DNA of 32,000 nucleotides from Schaalia odontolytica (lineage in GTDB: Bacteria; Actinomycetota; Actinomycetes; Actinomycetales; Actinomycetaceae), in NCBI RefSeq assembly GCF_005696695.1, contig NZ_CP040006.1:1710001-1742000 (forward strand), given 5' to 3'. Below are positions 1 to 7,482 of this stretch, piece by piece. The notes under the pieces are model-generated. The model had not been told where the DNA came from and made no database searches. It saw only the letters and a program-made list of their open reading frames with translations. Each line of letters starts with the position of its first letter. Within the stretch, counting starts at the first letter, position 1. The position numbers and the translations under genes were made by a program.

Positions 1-152
1 TCATGGGTTTGCCCGAGGGGCATGTGACCGGCGAGGATCTCGGGCTGACGCGGGAGCAGCAGCTCCGTCTCCTCGGAAATGGGGTCGTCCCGCAGCAGGG
101 CGCCGCCGCTATCTACCAGCTCACCAAGATCACCATTGAGGAGGCAGCATGA
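1..152 (+). CDS. DNA (cytosine-5)-methyltransferase, C-terminal fragment (gene starts upstream of window)
   Basis: Frame 3 reads ...GLPEGHVTGEDLGLTREQQLRLLGNGVVPQQGAAAIYQL...*. GNGVVP matches conserved motif X (GNxVxP) at the C-terminus of C5-MTases. The stop overlaps the next ATG (ATGA at 149-152). Confidence 0.6.
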   Translation, partial: MGLPEGHVTGEDLGLTREQQLRLLGNGVVPQQGAAAIYQLTKITIEEAA

Positions 153-457
153 CCGGCATCGACCCACTGAAGGACATCCCAGGTGTCGAGGAGTTTCAGG
201 AGCGCGCGATCGTCCGCGCGGTCCGGCTGACTCGTGAGAACGCGGAGGCGATCGCCCGCCGCGCGCGCAAGCGTTGTGGCTTCACGCCGGACGGGCGGGT
301 GATGCTCGTCGAGCACACCTACACGATCTGGGCGCTTGAGGGGGACATGATCGTCGCTCGCCCGGGCAGTATGCGTCTGTCGAACCGCATCCCGGAGGAC
401 TTCATAGCCTGGTACACGAAGCCGGGCGAGCAGCTGACTGAGGAGGATCTCGGATGA
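149..457 (+). CDS. Hypothetical phage early protein (102 aa)
   Basis: ORF is translationally coupled at both ends (ATGA overlaps) within the early operon. No motif recognised. Confidence 0.55.
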   Translation: MTGIDPLKDIPGVEEFQERAIVRAVRLTRENAEAIARRARKRCGFTPDGRVMLVEHTYTIWALEGDMIVARPGSMRLSNRIPEDFIAWYTKPGEQLTEEDLG

Positions 458-879
458 GCGCGCAGCTGGTGTGGGAGTCGCGCGTCTTGCCGCTGACGCG
501 CAGCAAGCTCATCACCGCAAACGACAAATTGCACTGGGCCGCACGCGCGCGGCTCACGAAGCAGATCCGCCAGTGGGGCTATCTGCTCGGTCGCGAGGGT
601 GAGGGGGTCGCGCGTCTCAGGCTGACGCACGCTCGAGTGGAGGTTGAGTTCGCGTATCCGGATCGTCGCCGCCGCGACCGTAGCAACCTCGCGCCGACCG
701 TGAAAGCACTCATGGACGGTCTCATCGATGCCGGGCTGCTGCCTGATGACGCGGACCGCTTCCTCGACGGCCCGCACACGGTCATCGCGGAGCGCCTGGC
801 GGGCAAGCACCTGAACATCCCGATGTACGAGGTCCGCATCCGCGTGTACGCGGACACAGATAAGAAAGAGAGCAAGTAA
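454..879 (+). CDS. rusA: RusA-family Holliday junction resolvase
   Basis: 141 aa. The segment [32 protein letters not shown] fits the RusA signature D-x-x-N-x(4)-K-x-x-x-D-x-L...DD. Its position next to ssb is typical of phage recombination modules. Confidence 0.75.
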   Translation: MSAQLVWESRVLPLTRSKLITANDKLHWAARARLTKQIRQWGYLLGREGEGVARLRLTHARVEVEFAYPDRRRRDRSNLAPTVKALMDGLIDAGLLPDDADRFLDGPHTVIAERLAGKHLNIPMYEVRIRVYADTDKKESK

Positions 880-1376
880 TGGCCGGAGAAACCGTCATCA
901 CTGTCATCGGTAACCTGACCGCTGACCCCGAACTGCGTTGGACGCAGTCTGGCGCCGCAGTCGCAGACTTCACCGTCGCGTCGACCCCGAGAACCTACGA
1001 CCGTAACGCCGGCGAATGGCGCGACGGCGACACCCTCTTCATACGCTGCTCCGTGTGGCGCGAAACCGCTGAGAACGTCGCCGAGTCGCTGCGCAAGGGT
1101 ATGCGCGTCATCGTTCAGGGTCGCCTCACCCAGCGCTCGTATGACACCCAGCAGGGCGAGCGCCGCACGGTAGTTGAGCTGCAGGTCGACGAGGTCGGCC
1201 CCTCCCTGCGCCGCGCACGCGCACAGGTCACCCGTGTTCAGGCACAGGCCGCGAGCGCACCGTCCGCGAGCGCGTCGGCCTCTGGCGGTGCGGCTGGGTG
1301 GGGGCAGGAGACTCCGCAGCATGACCCGTGGGGTGAGCCTGGCGGGTCGGCGTTCGGGTCTGAGCCGCCGTTCTGA
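879..1376 (+). CDS. ssb: Single-stranded DNA-binding protein
   Basis: The N-terminal OB fold reads [30 protein letters not shown]...[33 protein letters not shown]. It is followed by a Gly/Ala/Ser-rich linker and the canonical acidic tail ending ...GSEPPF. Confidence 0.95.
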   Translation: MAGETVITVIGNLTADPELRWTQSGAAVADFTVASTPRTYDRNAGEWRDGDTLFIRCSVWRETAENVAESLRKGMRVIVQGRLTQRSYDTQQGERRTVVELQVDEVGPSLRRARAQVTRVQAQAASAPSASASASGGAAGWGQETPQHDPWGEPGGSAFGSEPPF

Positions 1377-1591
1377 TGGAGCGGTACTGCCCGGACTGCG
1401 GCGAGGTTCTCGCTGCAGGGCACGCGCGCTGTAGGCCGTGCTTCCGCAGGTTTGAGGCTGAGTATCAGAGGAAAACCGAGAGGGACTGGATGCGGCGCAA
1501 CTTCCCGGAGTTCCGGCCCCGGGACTTGTTCCCGGAGGACGGCTGGGAGCAGACGGAGATCAAGACAACAAGTATGAAGGAGGGCGAGTAA
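1376..1591 (+). CDS. Small zinc-ribbon protein (71 aa), function unknown
   Basis: CPDC...CRPC forms a four-Cys pair at the N-terminus. Start and stop are both coupled to neighbours (TGATG, TAATG). Confidence 0.5.
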   Translation: MERYCPDCGEVLAAGHARCRPCFRRFEAEYQRKTERDWMRRNFPEFRPRDLFPEDGWEQTEIKTTSMKEGE

Positions 1592-2637
1592 TGGCCTGGG
1601 TCAGAGTGGGCGACGAAGCACTGAGCCACCCGAAGCTCATGAGCTTGTACGACGTGGAGGGCGCCGAGGACATCTCGATCGTCGAAATGTTCGGCTTCCT
1701 CATGGCACTCGCGACCTACTCGGCCAAGCACCTAACAGACGGAATCATCGAGAGAGGTGCGGCGTTCCGCGACGGCGATCGTTCGCGGAGTGCGCACCTG
1801 ATTGATGTGGCGGTCGGCGCCGGGCTGCTCACGTGGGTTGAAGTGGAGGGCAAGCGGAAGCTGCGCCTGTTCACGGACGAGGAGTTTATCCACGTCCAGC
1901 CGCGCGAGGAGGTCATGCGTCGCCGTGCGCGGTCGCGGGAGAATCGCGACCCGAACAAGAAAGCTGCTGTGATTTTCCGCGACGGCGACCAGTGCCGTTA
2001 CTGCGGGAAGGTCGTGCGGTGGACCGGCCCGACAGGTTACAACCTCGGCACGCTCGATCACATTGACCCGGACTCGCTGGGGGACGCCCCGGTCGATGGT
2101 CTCGTGGTCGCCTGTCATGAGTGCAACTCCTCGCGCGGGCACGCGCGGGAGGCGTTCGATGCGGCCTCGCCACTGCGTCCCGTCCCGGCCACGCCCTATT
2201 ACGGAGTGTGGTCGGCAGAATTCCTCACCAGGTACGGATATGAAGCCGCGCCGTCCGTGGATCCGGGCACGCCCGTTGACCCCGCCTCAGAGCCGCCCGC
2301 GAGGGGCGTGCTCCCGGGCCGAGGGTCCGGAGCGCCTGTTGACCCCGGGCGCGGCTCCAGCGGCCACGCTGAGGCCGCTGTGCGTGACCCCGGCACACCT
2401 GAGCGGTGTGCGTCCGAGGGTCCGCGTATTCGACCTAGTTCGGACTCAAGTCCGAACCCTGGTCCGACGTCGAAGGGTATCAAGGCGAATACTCTCGGGT
2501 CGGGTAGGGACGGGACGGGACGGGCAGGCCAGGGAAGGGCAGGCACGGGCCAGGCAGGGAAGGGCCAGGCCGGGCACCCGCGAACACCTCAGCAGAAGCA
2601 GACAAGCAAGCGGAACCGTAGAAGGAGAAGAAGGTAA
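1591..2637 (+). CDS. HNH endonuclease-domain protein with unknown N-terminal domain and Gly/Arg-rich disordered tail
   Basis: The HNH/zinc motif reads CRYCGKVV...LDHIDPDS...VVACHECNSSRGH. The C-terminal approx. 150 aa are low complexity (GRDGTGRAGQGRAGTGQAGKGQAG...RRRRRR), encoded by the G-tract array at 2497-2575. A TAATG overlap leads into the next gene. Confidence 0.75.
   Translation: MAWVRVGDEALSHPKLMSLYDVEGAEDISIVEMFGFLMALATYSAKHLTDGIIERGAAFRDGDRSRSAHLIDVAVGAGLLTWVEVEGKRKLRLFTDEEFIHVQPREEVMRRRARSRENRDPNKKAAVIFRDGDQCRYCGKVVRWTGPTGYNLGTLDHIDPDSLGDAPVDGLVVACHECNSSRGHAREAFDAASPLRPVPATPYYGVWSAEFLTRYGYEAAPSVDPGTPVDPASEPPARGVLPGRGSGAPVDPGRGSSGHAEAAVRDPGTPERCASEGPRIRPSSDSSPNPGPTSKGIKANTLGSGRDGTGRAGQGRAGTGQAGKGQAGHPRTPQQKQTSKRNRRRRRR
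2497..2575 (+). repeat. G-tract array: (GGGNN)6 followed by six more GGG runs (12 GGG tracts in 79 nt), with a degenerate ~27-bp tandem unit
   Basis: Direct reading gives GGGTC GGGTA GGGAC GGGAC GGGAC GGG at 2497-2524 with an exact 5-nt period. Further GGG runs lie at 2532, 2537, 2547, 2557, 2562 and 2572. The array is on the sense strand of the 1591-2637 CDS. Confidence 0.9.
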
Positions 2638-2879
2638 TGAGCCAGGAAGAAGAGCTGAGGGGCAAGGTAGAAGATGCCCTCTCAGCACTAGTGCAGGCAG
2701 GACACGGAGCCCAGGCATTAACTGGGGCCTGGGTGGTCTGTGCTGAGGTCATGGTCCCCGGCAAAGAAGAGGTCACCGTCTTTATGCACGACGGGGGCGG
2801 CTCGATGCTCGCGCGGCGTGGCCTCATCGAGTCTGTGCGCGATCAGCTCGCATCATGGGTGGAGGGATACGATGACTGA
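2637..2879 (+). CDS. Hypothetical phage protein (80 aa)
   Basis: GAAGGAGAAGAAGG lies immediately upstream as a Shine-Dalgarno. The ORF is coupled to both neighbours. No motif recognised. Confidence 0.55.
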   Translation: MSQEEELRGKVEDALSALVQAGHGAQALTGAWVVCAEVMVPGKEEVTVFMHDGGGSMLARRGLIESVRDQLASWVEGYDD

Positions 2880-3654
2880 GCATGACGACCGCCGGGTTTG
2901 CCCGGTGACGGGTGAGCCTCTCCTCGACGGAGAGTACCTGTCTCGCGGCGGCGCTGCCCGCGTCCGTGTGGCGACCGCGTCGATGCCAGGACTCATGAGC
3001 GACCTCGCCTATGCTGCGTCGCACGGCGTGCGCACGGGTGAGCAGGTCGGCGGCGCTGGTGTCCCATCGTCGAGGGCTCCTCTCAACCTCGCGCTCATGA
3101 TCGAGGTTGACGAGATGTGCGACTCGATCCTGACGTGGGCGACGCTGCTCCTCTCGCACGTGATGGGTCCGTCCTACTGGGTGCGCCCCGGCGATTGGTG
3201 GATGGTCGCGCGCGTATTCGACCTGCACGAGGACAAGCTCCGCAGGTGGTCGGAAGCCGAGCAGTGCGCAGACGAAGTTCTGTACTCGGTCGCGCGCCTT
3301 GAGCGTCTCGCCTCCCCCGGCAGACAGCGCCTCGTCTACGTCGGCTCGTGCAGCCAGTGCGACGCTGATCTTCTCGTCCGCGACCCAGATGAGGAGGCGA
3401 CGACTTGCCGGGAGTGCGGAGCGGTCGAGCAGATCGGCGAAGCCTGGGAGCGACTCCTCTCGAAAGCTCGTGAGTCTCTGCTGCCGCGCTCGCGGGCGAC
3501 CCGCGTCGCGGAGATCCTGGCTGGCACGCAGATCAAGGATCCGACTGTCCGGAAGTGGACGCAGCGGGGGCAGCTGGCGCCCCGGGCGAGGAGGGGCGGG
3601 GATCGCCTCTACCGGGTCGGGGATATTGAGAGGCTGGCGACACGCAGAATGTAG
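2872..3654 (+). CDS. DNA-binding protein with zinc ribbon and C-terminal MerR/excisionase-type HTH
   Basis: ATG 2872 (MTEHDDRR...) overlaps the upstream stop by 8 nt, with GGAGGGA lying 6 nt upstream as a Shine-Dalgarno, and is preferred over the track start at 2740. CSQC...CREC forms the ribbon. The C-terminus ATRVAEILAGTQIKDPTVRKWTQRGQL...YRVGDIERL is excisionase/MerR-like HTH. Confidence 0.65.
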   Translation: MTEHDDRRVCPVTGEPLLDGEYLSRGGAARVRVATASMPGLMSDLAYAASHGVRTGEQVGGAGVPSSRAPLNLALMIEVDEMCDSILTWATLLLSHVMGPSYWVRPGDWWMVARVFDLHEDKLRRWSEAEQCADEVLYSVARLERLASPGRQRLVYVGSCSQCDADLLVRDPDEEATTCRECGAVEQIGEAWERLLSKARESLLPRSRATRVAEILAGTQIKDPTVRKWTQRGQLAPRARRGGDRLYRVGDIERLATRRM

Positions 3655-3665
3655 GCGCGTGTCGC

Positions 3666-3694
3666 TTGCGATAGGGCTTGTCACGGCGTATTCT
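3666..3694 (+). promoter_or_regulatory. Candidate sigma-70-type promoter TTGCGA-N17-TATTCT in the early/late intergenic region
   Basis: TTGCGA lies at 3666-3671 and TATTCT at 3689-3694, with a 17-nt spacer. It sits in the only sizeable non-coding gap (3655-3821) of the + strand operon. Confidence 0.25.
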
Positions 3695-3755
3695 CCTAGT
3701 GTGGCCCTGAGCGTAAGCGAGGGGCTTCTGCTTTAACGGCAATCCGCGCACTTGT

Positions 3756-3798
3756 ACTGACCCCCGCTCCTATCGGCCCCGGTGGAGCGGGGGTCAGT
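3756..3798 (+). terminator. Perfect 15-bp stem / 13-nt loop hairpin (terminator, attenuator or packaging-related structure)
   Basis: ACTGACCCCCGCTCC (3756-3770) pairs perfectly with GGAGCGGGGGTCAGT (3784-3798). There is no downstream T-run. It lies 24 nt upstream of the HNH start. Confidence 0.4.
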
Positions 3799-3821
3799 GC
3801 ATACGGACTGAGGGGGCGGGC

Positions 3822-4361
3822 ATGGCATGGGAGACATCGGACCGCGCCGTCCGTCTGCCTGATGACTGGGCCGAGCGGCGCGCCTTCGTGCGTGACCGCG
3901 CAGCCGGCAGGTGCGAAGCGATGCTGCACGACGGCACGCGATGCCCAGCTGCAGGGACAGACTGCGATCACATCGAGCCAGGTGACGATCACCGAGCGGT
4001 GAACCTCCAGTGGCTTTGCCGTTGGCATCACAAACGTAAGACGCAGCAGGAAGCTGCTGCGGCGCTCGCTGCTGAGCGGAAGAAAAACCAGCCGCGAAAG
4101 CGTAAGCATCCCGGCCTCAAGCGGGCCGCGCTCGCGGGCCGGTTGATTCGGCGGCGCGCGCGCTCGATGGGGCGGCGTCCTCGGCTGGCTCGGCGGCGGG
4201 CAGCATGCGAGACGCGGGCTCGGGCTTCTCGTCTATGGCGGGCTTTGCACAGAACGCGATCGCGCCCCTGGCTGCGCTGGCCGCAGCCGTGGGTATCGGG
4301 GGCTTCGTCTCTGAGGCTATCGCTGCGTCCGACGCGACGCAGAAATTCGCGGACACGCTGA
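3822..4361 (+). CDS. Phage HNH endonuclease (terminase-associated type) with an aberrant read-through C-terminus
   Basis: RLPDDWAERRAFVRDRAAGRCE...CDHIEPGDDHRAVNLQWLCRWHHKRKT...KRKHPGL is the typical approx. 100-aa HNH found next to terS. After approx. 4120 the ORF continues as Arg-rich out-of-frame sequence across the tape-measure gene. A GAGGGGGCGGG Shine-Dalgarno precedes ATG 3822. Confidence 0.8.
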   Translation: MAWETSDRAVRLPDDWAERRAFVRDRAAGRCEAMLHDGTRCPAAGTDCDHIEPGDDHRAVNLQWLCRWHHKRKTQQEAAAALAAERKKNQPRKRKHPGLKRAALAGRLIRRRARSMGRRPRLARRRAACETRARASRLWRALHRTRSRPWLRWPQPWVSGASSLRLSLRPTRRRNSRTR

Positions 4362-7300
4362 AATCGCCGGGGATTGATCCGGATCGGATCGAGGAGCTGG
4401 GCGCCGCCGCGCAGAAGTACGCCGATGAGACCGTCTACGACCTGTCGGATATTCAGGGGCATCACGTCACAGCTCGCAGCGAATAACGTCGAGGGCTTCG
4501 ACAAGCTCGCGGAAGCAGCGGGCAACCTGAACGCGGTCTCGGGCGGCTCTGCCGAGACCTACAAGCAGGTTGGCCTCGCGCTCGTTCAGGTCAACGGTGC
4601 CGGGAAGCTGGCAACGCAGGACTGGAATCAGATCGCAAACGCGATCCCCGGCGCGTCCGGCAAGATCCAGAAAGCGCTCCTCGACGCGGGTGCCTACACG
4701 GGGAATTTTCGCGATGCGATGGCCCAGGGCCAGATCAGCGCGAAGAATTTAACGAGGCATTGCTGAGCCCTCGGCTTCGATGAGGTCGCGGCGAACGCGG
4801 CTCGCGACACGAGCCGCATTGAAAACGCCGCCGGCAACTTGCAGGCAACCCTCATGGGCGGCTTCAAAGACCTCATTGACTACATGAAGCCTACGATTAC
4901 GGACTTCATGGGGCTGGCTCTCTGACATGTTCTCGAACGCCTTCGACTGGATCAGCGAGCACAAGGATCTGCTGGTCGCCCTCGGTGAGGGGATCGGGAT
5001 CGCGGTGGCCGCCTACTGGGGCTTCTCGGTCCTGACACAGGTCATCGAGTGGATCAAGAACACGACGCTCGTGCAGGAGGGGCTCAACGCTGCGATGGCC
5101 GCGAATCCCATCGGTCTTGCTGTCGTGGCTATCGGCGCGCTCATCGCTGGGCTGATCTACCTCTATAACACAACGAGGACGTCGCGAACGCGATCAACGC
5201 CTCGGCTCTGGCATCGCCGAATTCTGGACGAACAACGTCACGCCGGTAATCGACGCGTTCGTCGACTATACGAAGAACACGCTCATCCCGGGTATCGAGT
5301 CGGCGTGGGGCATCCTCACCACGGGCAACTACGACGGTAATCTCTTCGGTCTCGAAGAGGACTCCGGCGCTCGTGGACTTCTTCTTCACCCTGCGGGACG
5401 CGCTCCTCGCGGTCGGCGAGATCTCCTACAGGGCGTGGACGGAGCAGATCAAGCCTTCCATTGAGGCGGCGTGGGACTGGATCTCCGGCACGCTCTGGCC
5501 GGGCCTCCAAAACTTCTGGTCGACCGTGTTGCAGCCGCTGTTTGAGGGATCGGCTCGGGCCTCGCTCTCGCCTGGACCGCCGTCATCCGACCTACCCTCA
5601 TGGCCCTATGGACCGTCGTCTCCCGGGTCATCTGGCCTGTCCTCAAGACCCTCTGGGAGAACGTGATTAAGCCGCTGTGGGAGGGCTTCGCGTCGGCAGT
5701 CCAGTCAGCATGGGCCGTGATCTACCCGGCTATGCAGGCGCTCGCGGGTTTCTTCCGCGACACGCTAATGCCTGCGCTGTGGAGCTTCTGGCAGGATGTG
5801 GTGGAGCCGGTCTGGACGAACGTGTCGACGTTCATCCTCGCTGTCTGGGATAACGTTCTGTATCCGCTTTTCGACCTGTTCGTGACGGTGATCTCGGGTA
5901 CCGTCGGTATGGCCTTCGAGGGGCTGTGGACAACCGTCGTGACGGCCTGGAATGGGATCTCGTCGGCGATCCAGACGGTCTGGGGCATTTTGTCCCCGAT
6001 CTTCTCTGCGATTGGCAGCGCGATCTCCTCGACGCTCGGCCCGACCTTCACGTGGCTGTATGACTCGGTCATTAAGCCGGTCTGGGATCAGATCTCGTCG
6101 GCGGTGCAGACGGCCTCCTCCGTCCTGATCGACGTCGTCTTTCCGGCGATTAAGAGCGCGATCGGTGGCGTGAAGGAGTCGTTCGAGTCTTTCCGTCAGT
6201 CGGTCGAGTCTGTGTTCGAGAAGATCAAGGGAGCCGCCGCAAAGCCCGTCAACTTCGTCATCACGACGGTCTATCGCGACGGAATTAAGGCAGCGTTCGA
6301 TACGATCGCCGCGAAGGTCGGCCTCTCCGTGAGGCTCCCCGACGTGAAGCCGATTCCGGCCTACGCGACCGGCGGCGTTTTCTCCACCATGACGCCGGGG
6401 TACTCCCCCGGCAAGGACATCTATCACTTCTACAGCCCGGACGGTGGCGGCGCGCTTCGTCTATCCGGCGGCGAGGGCATCATCCGACCCGATGCCCTGC
6501 GAGCTCTCGGCGGGAAGCCTTGGCTCGACCGGGTAAATGCTTCGCGCGGCTCCGGCCTCGCGACCGTCGGTGAGACCGGACGCCGCCGCGGCGAAGTCGC
6601 TTTCGCTAGCGGTGGCATCTGGAACGCCGTGAAGGGCGGCTTCGGCGGCGCTCTGGACTGGATCAAAGACACGACAGAGGCGGTAGCGGAGATCGTCACC
6701 GACCCCGCCGCCGCAATCGCAAACCTGGTCCTCAAGCCGGCGCGCGAGCTACTGTCCCCGAAGGACGGCTCCTTCTGGGAGCAGGTCGCCTACGGTATCC
6801 CGCCGATGCTGTTCGACGGCCTCAAGAGCCTGTTCACCTCGAAGGTGAGCGAGTCCGGCCTCTCCGGCGGCGCGGGCCTCGTCGGCGCAGCCATGAAGGC
6901 CGTACTCATGGGAGTGCCTTACGTCTGGGGCGGCTCCGGCATCCCGCCGGGCCTGGACTGCTCCGGCCTCGTCTACTGGGCAGCACAGCAGCTCGGCCTC
7001 GGCTGGCCGCGACTCACCGCTGCCGGATACCAGTCCGGCTCGACACCCGTCCCCTGGGGCTCCGCGACACCCGGCGACCTCCTCTACTGGGGATCGCCCG
7101 CCTGGCACGTTGCCGTCTACGCAGGCAACGGGCAGATGATCGAGGAACCGCGCCCCGGCCTGAGCGCACGCAAGACCGCGATCTGGGGATCCCCAGCGTC
7201 GGCAGGTACGGCGGCGCACGCAAGTACGACCGTGGAGGCTGGCTCCCAGACGGAGTCACCGCTGCAGTCAACCAAACCGGCCAGCGCGAAGCAATCCTCA

Positions 7301-7482
7301 CAGCCCGACAGTGGGCCGACGTCTCCGCGCTCGCGGCCAGCGGTGCGGGAGCTGGCGTCTCGTTGGAGGGCGCTCAGGTGAATCTGGTCCTCGATGACGG
7401 CGTGCAGTTCCGCGCTCACGTCGAGGGGATTAGCGCGGGTGTTCTCGCTCGTAGGAAGCAGCTCGCAGGAAGGAGTCGATGA
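4106..7482 (+). pseudogene. Tail tape-measure protein gene, 5'-truncated and interrupted by about nine frameshifts; contains an NlpC/P60 domain
   Basis: TMP-like sequence can be followed across frames: ...QKFADTL...YADETVYDLSDIQG | ITSQLAANNVEGFDKL...QISA | EEFNEALLS | LGFDEVAAN...FMG | WLSDMFSNAFDWI...LYN | NEDVANAINA | LGSGIAEFW...EEDS | ALVDFFFTL...QPLFEG | IGSGLALAW...(5600-7187 intact)...IWG | IPSVGRYGGARKYDRGGWLPDGVTAAVNQTGQREAILT...*. The W-x-x-I/V-x-x-x-L-x-P repeats are typical of TMPs. The true stop at 7480-7482 overlaps the next ATG. Confidence 0.85.

Noticed and set aside
2497-2575. Possible CRISPR or other spaced-repeat array (also considered for 13874-14160)
   Set aside because: The units are 5-27 bp, contiguous, lack unique spacers and lie inside coding sequence. 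No CRISPR-like repeat-spacer structure exists anywhere in the window.
2740-2871. Upstream start (2740) for the HTH protein, and likewise 10383 for the last tail gene and 14873 for the GDPD-like gene
   Set aside because: These extensions overlap the preceding genes by 100-440 nt and encode Arg/Pro-rich sequence. Internal starts that overlap the upstream stop codon (2872, 10824, 14966) fit the coupling pattern used throughout the operon.
579-3684. - strand ORFs of 247 aa (579-1322) and 286 aa (2824-3684), and the + strand alternative-frame ORF 2063-2746
   Set aside because: They overlap RusA/SSB, the HTH gene and the HNH gene. The annotated frames carry motifs and coupled start/stop overlaps; these ORFs do not.
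3659-3736. Short hydrophobic ORF (VSLAIGLVTAYSPSVALSVSEGLLL) in the 3655-3821 gap
   Set aside because: It has no Shine-Dalgarno, depends on a GTG start immediately after the upstream stop, and overlaps the promoter-like element. There is insufficient support for coding.
5600-7381. 593-aa ORF taken at face value as an independent gene
   Set aside because: Its N-terminus continues tape-measure repeats from the upstream frames. Its last approx. 65 aa are off-frame, because the canonical tape-measure C-terminus (YDRGGWLPDG...) continues in another frame to 7482. It is therefore treated as part of the pseudogene.
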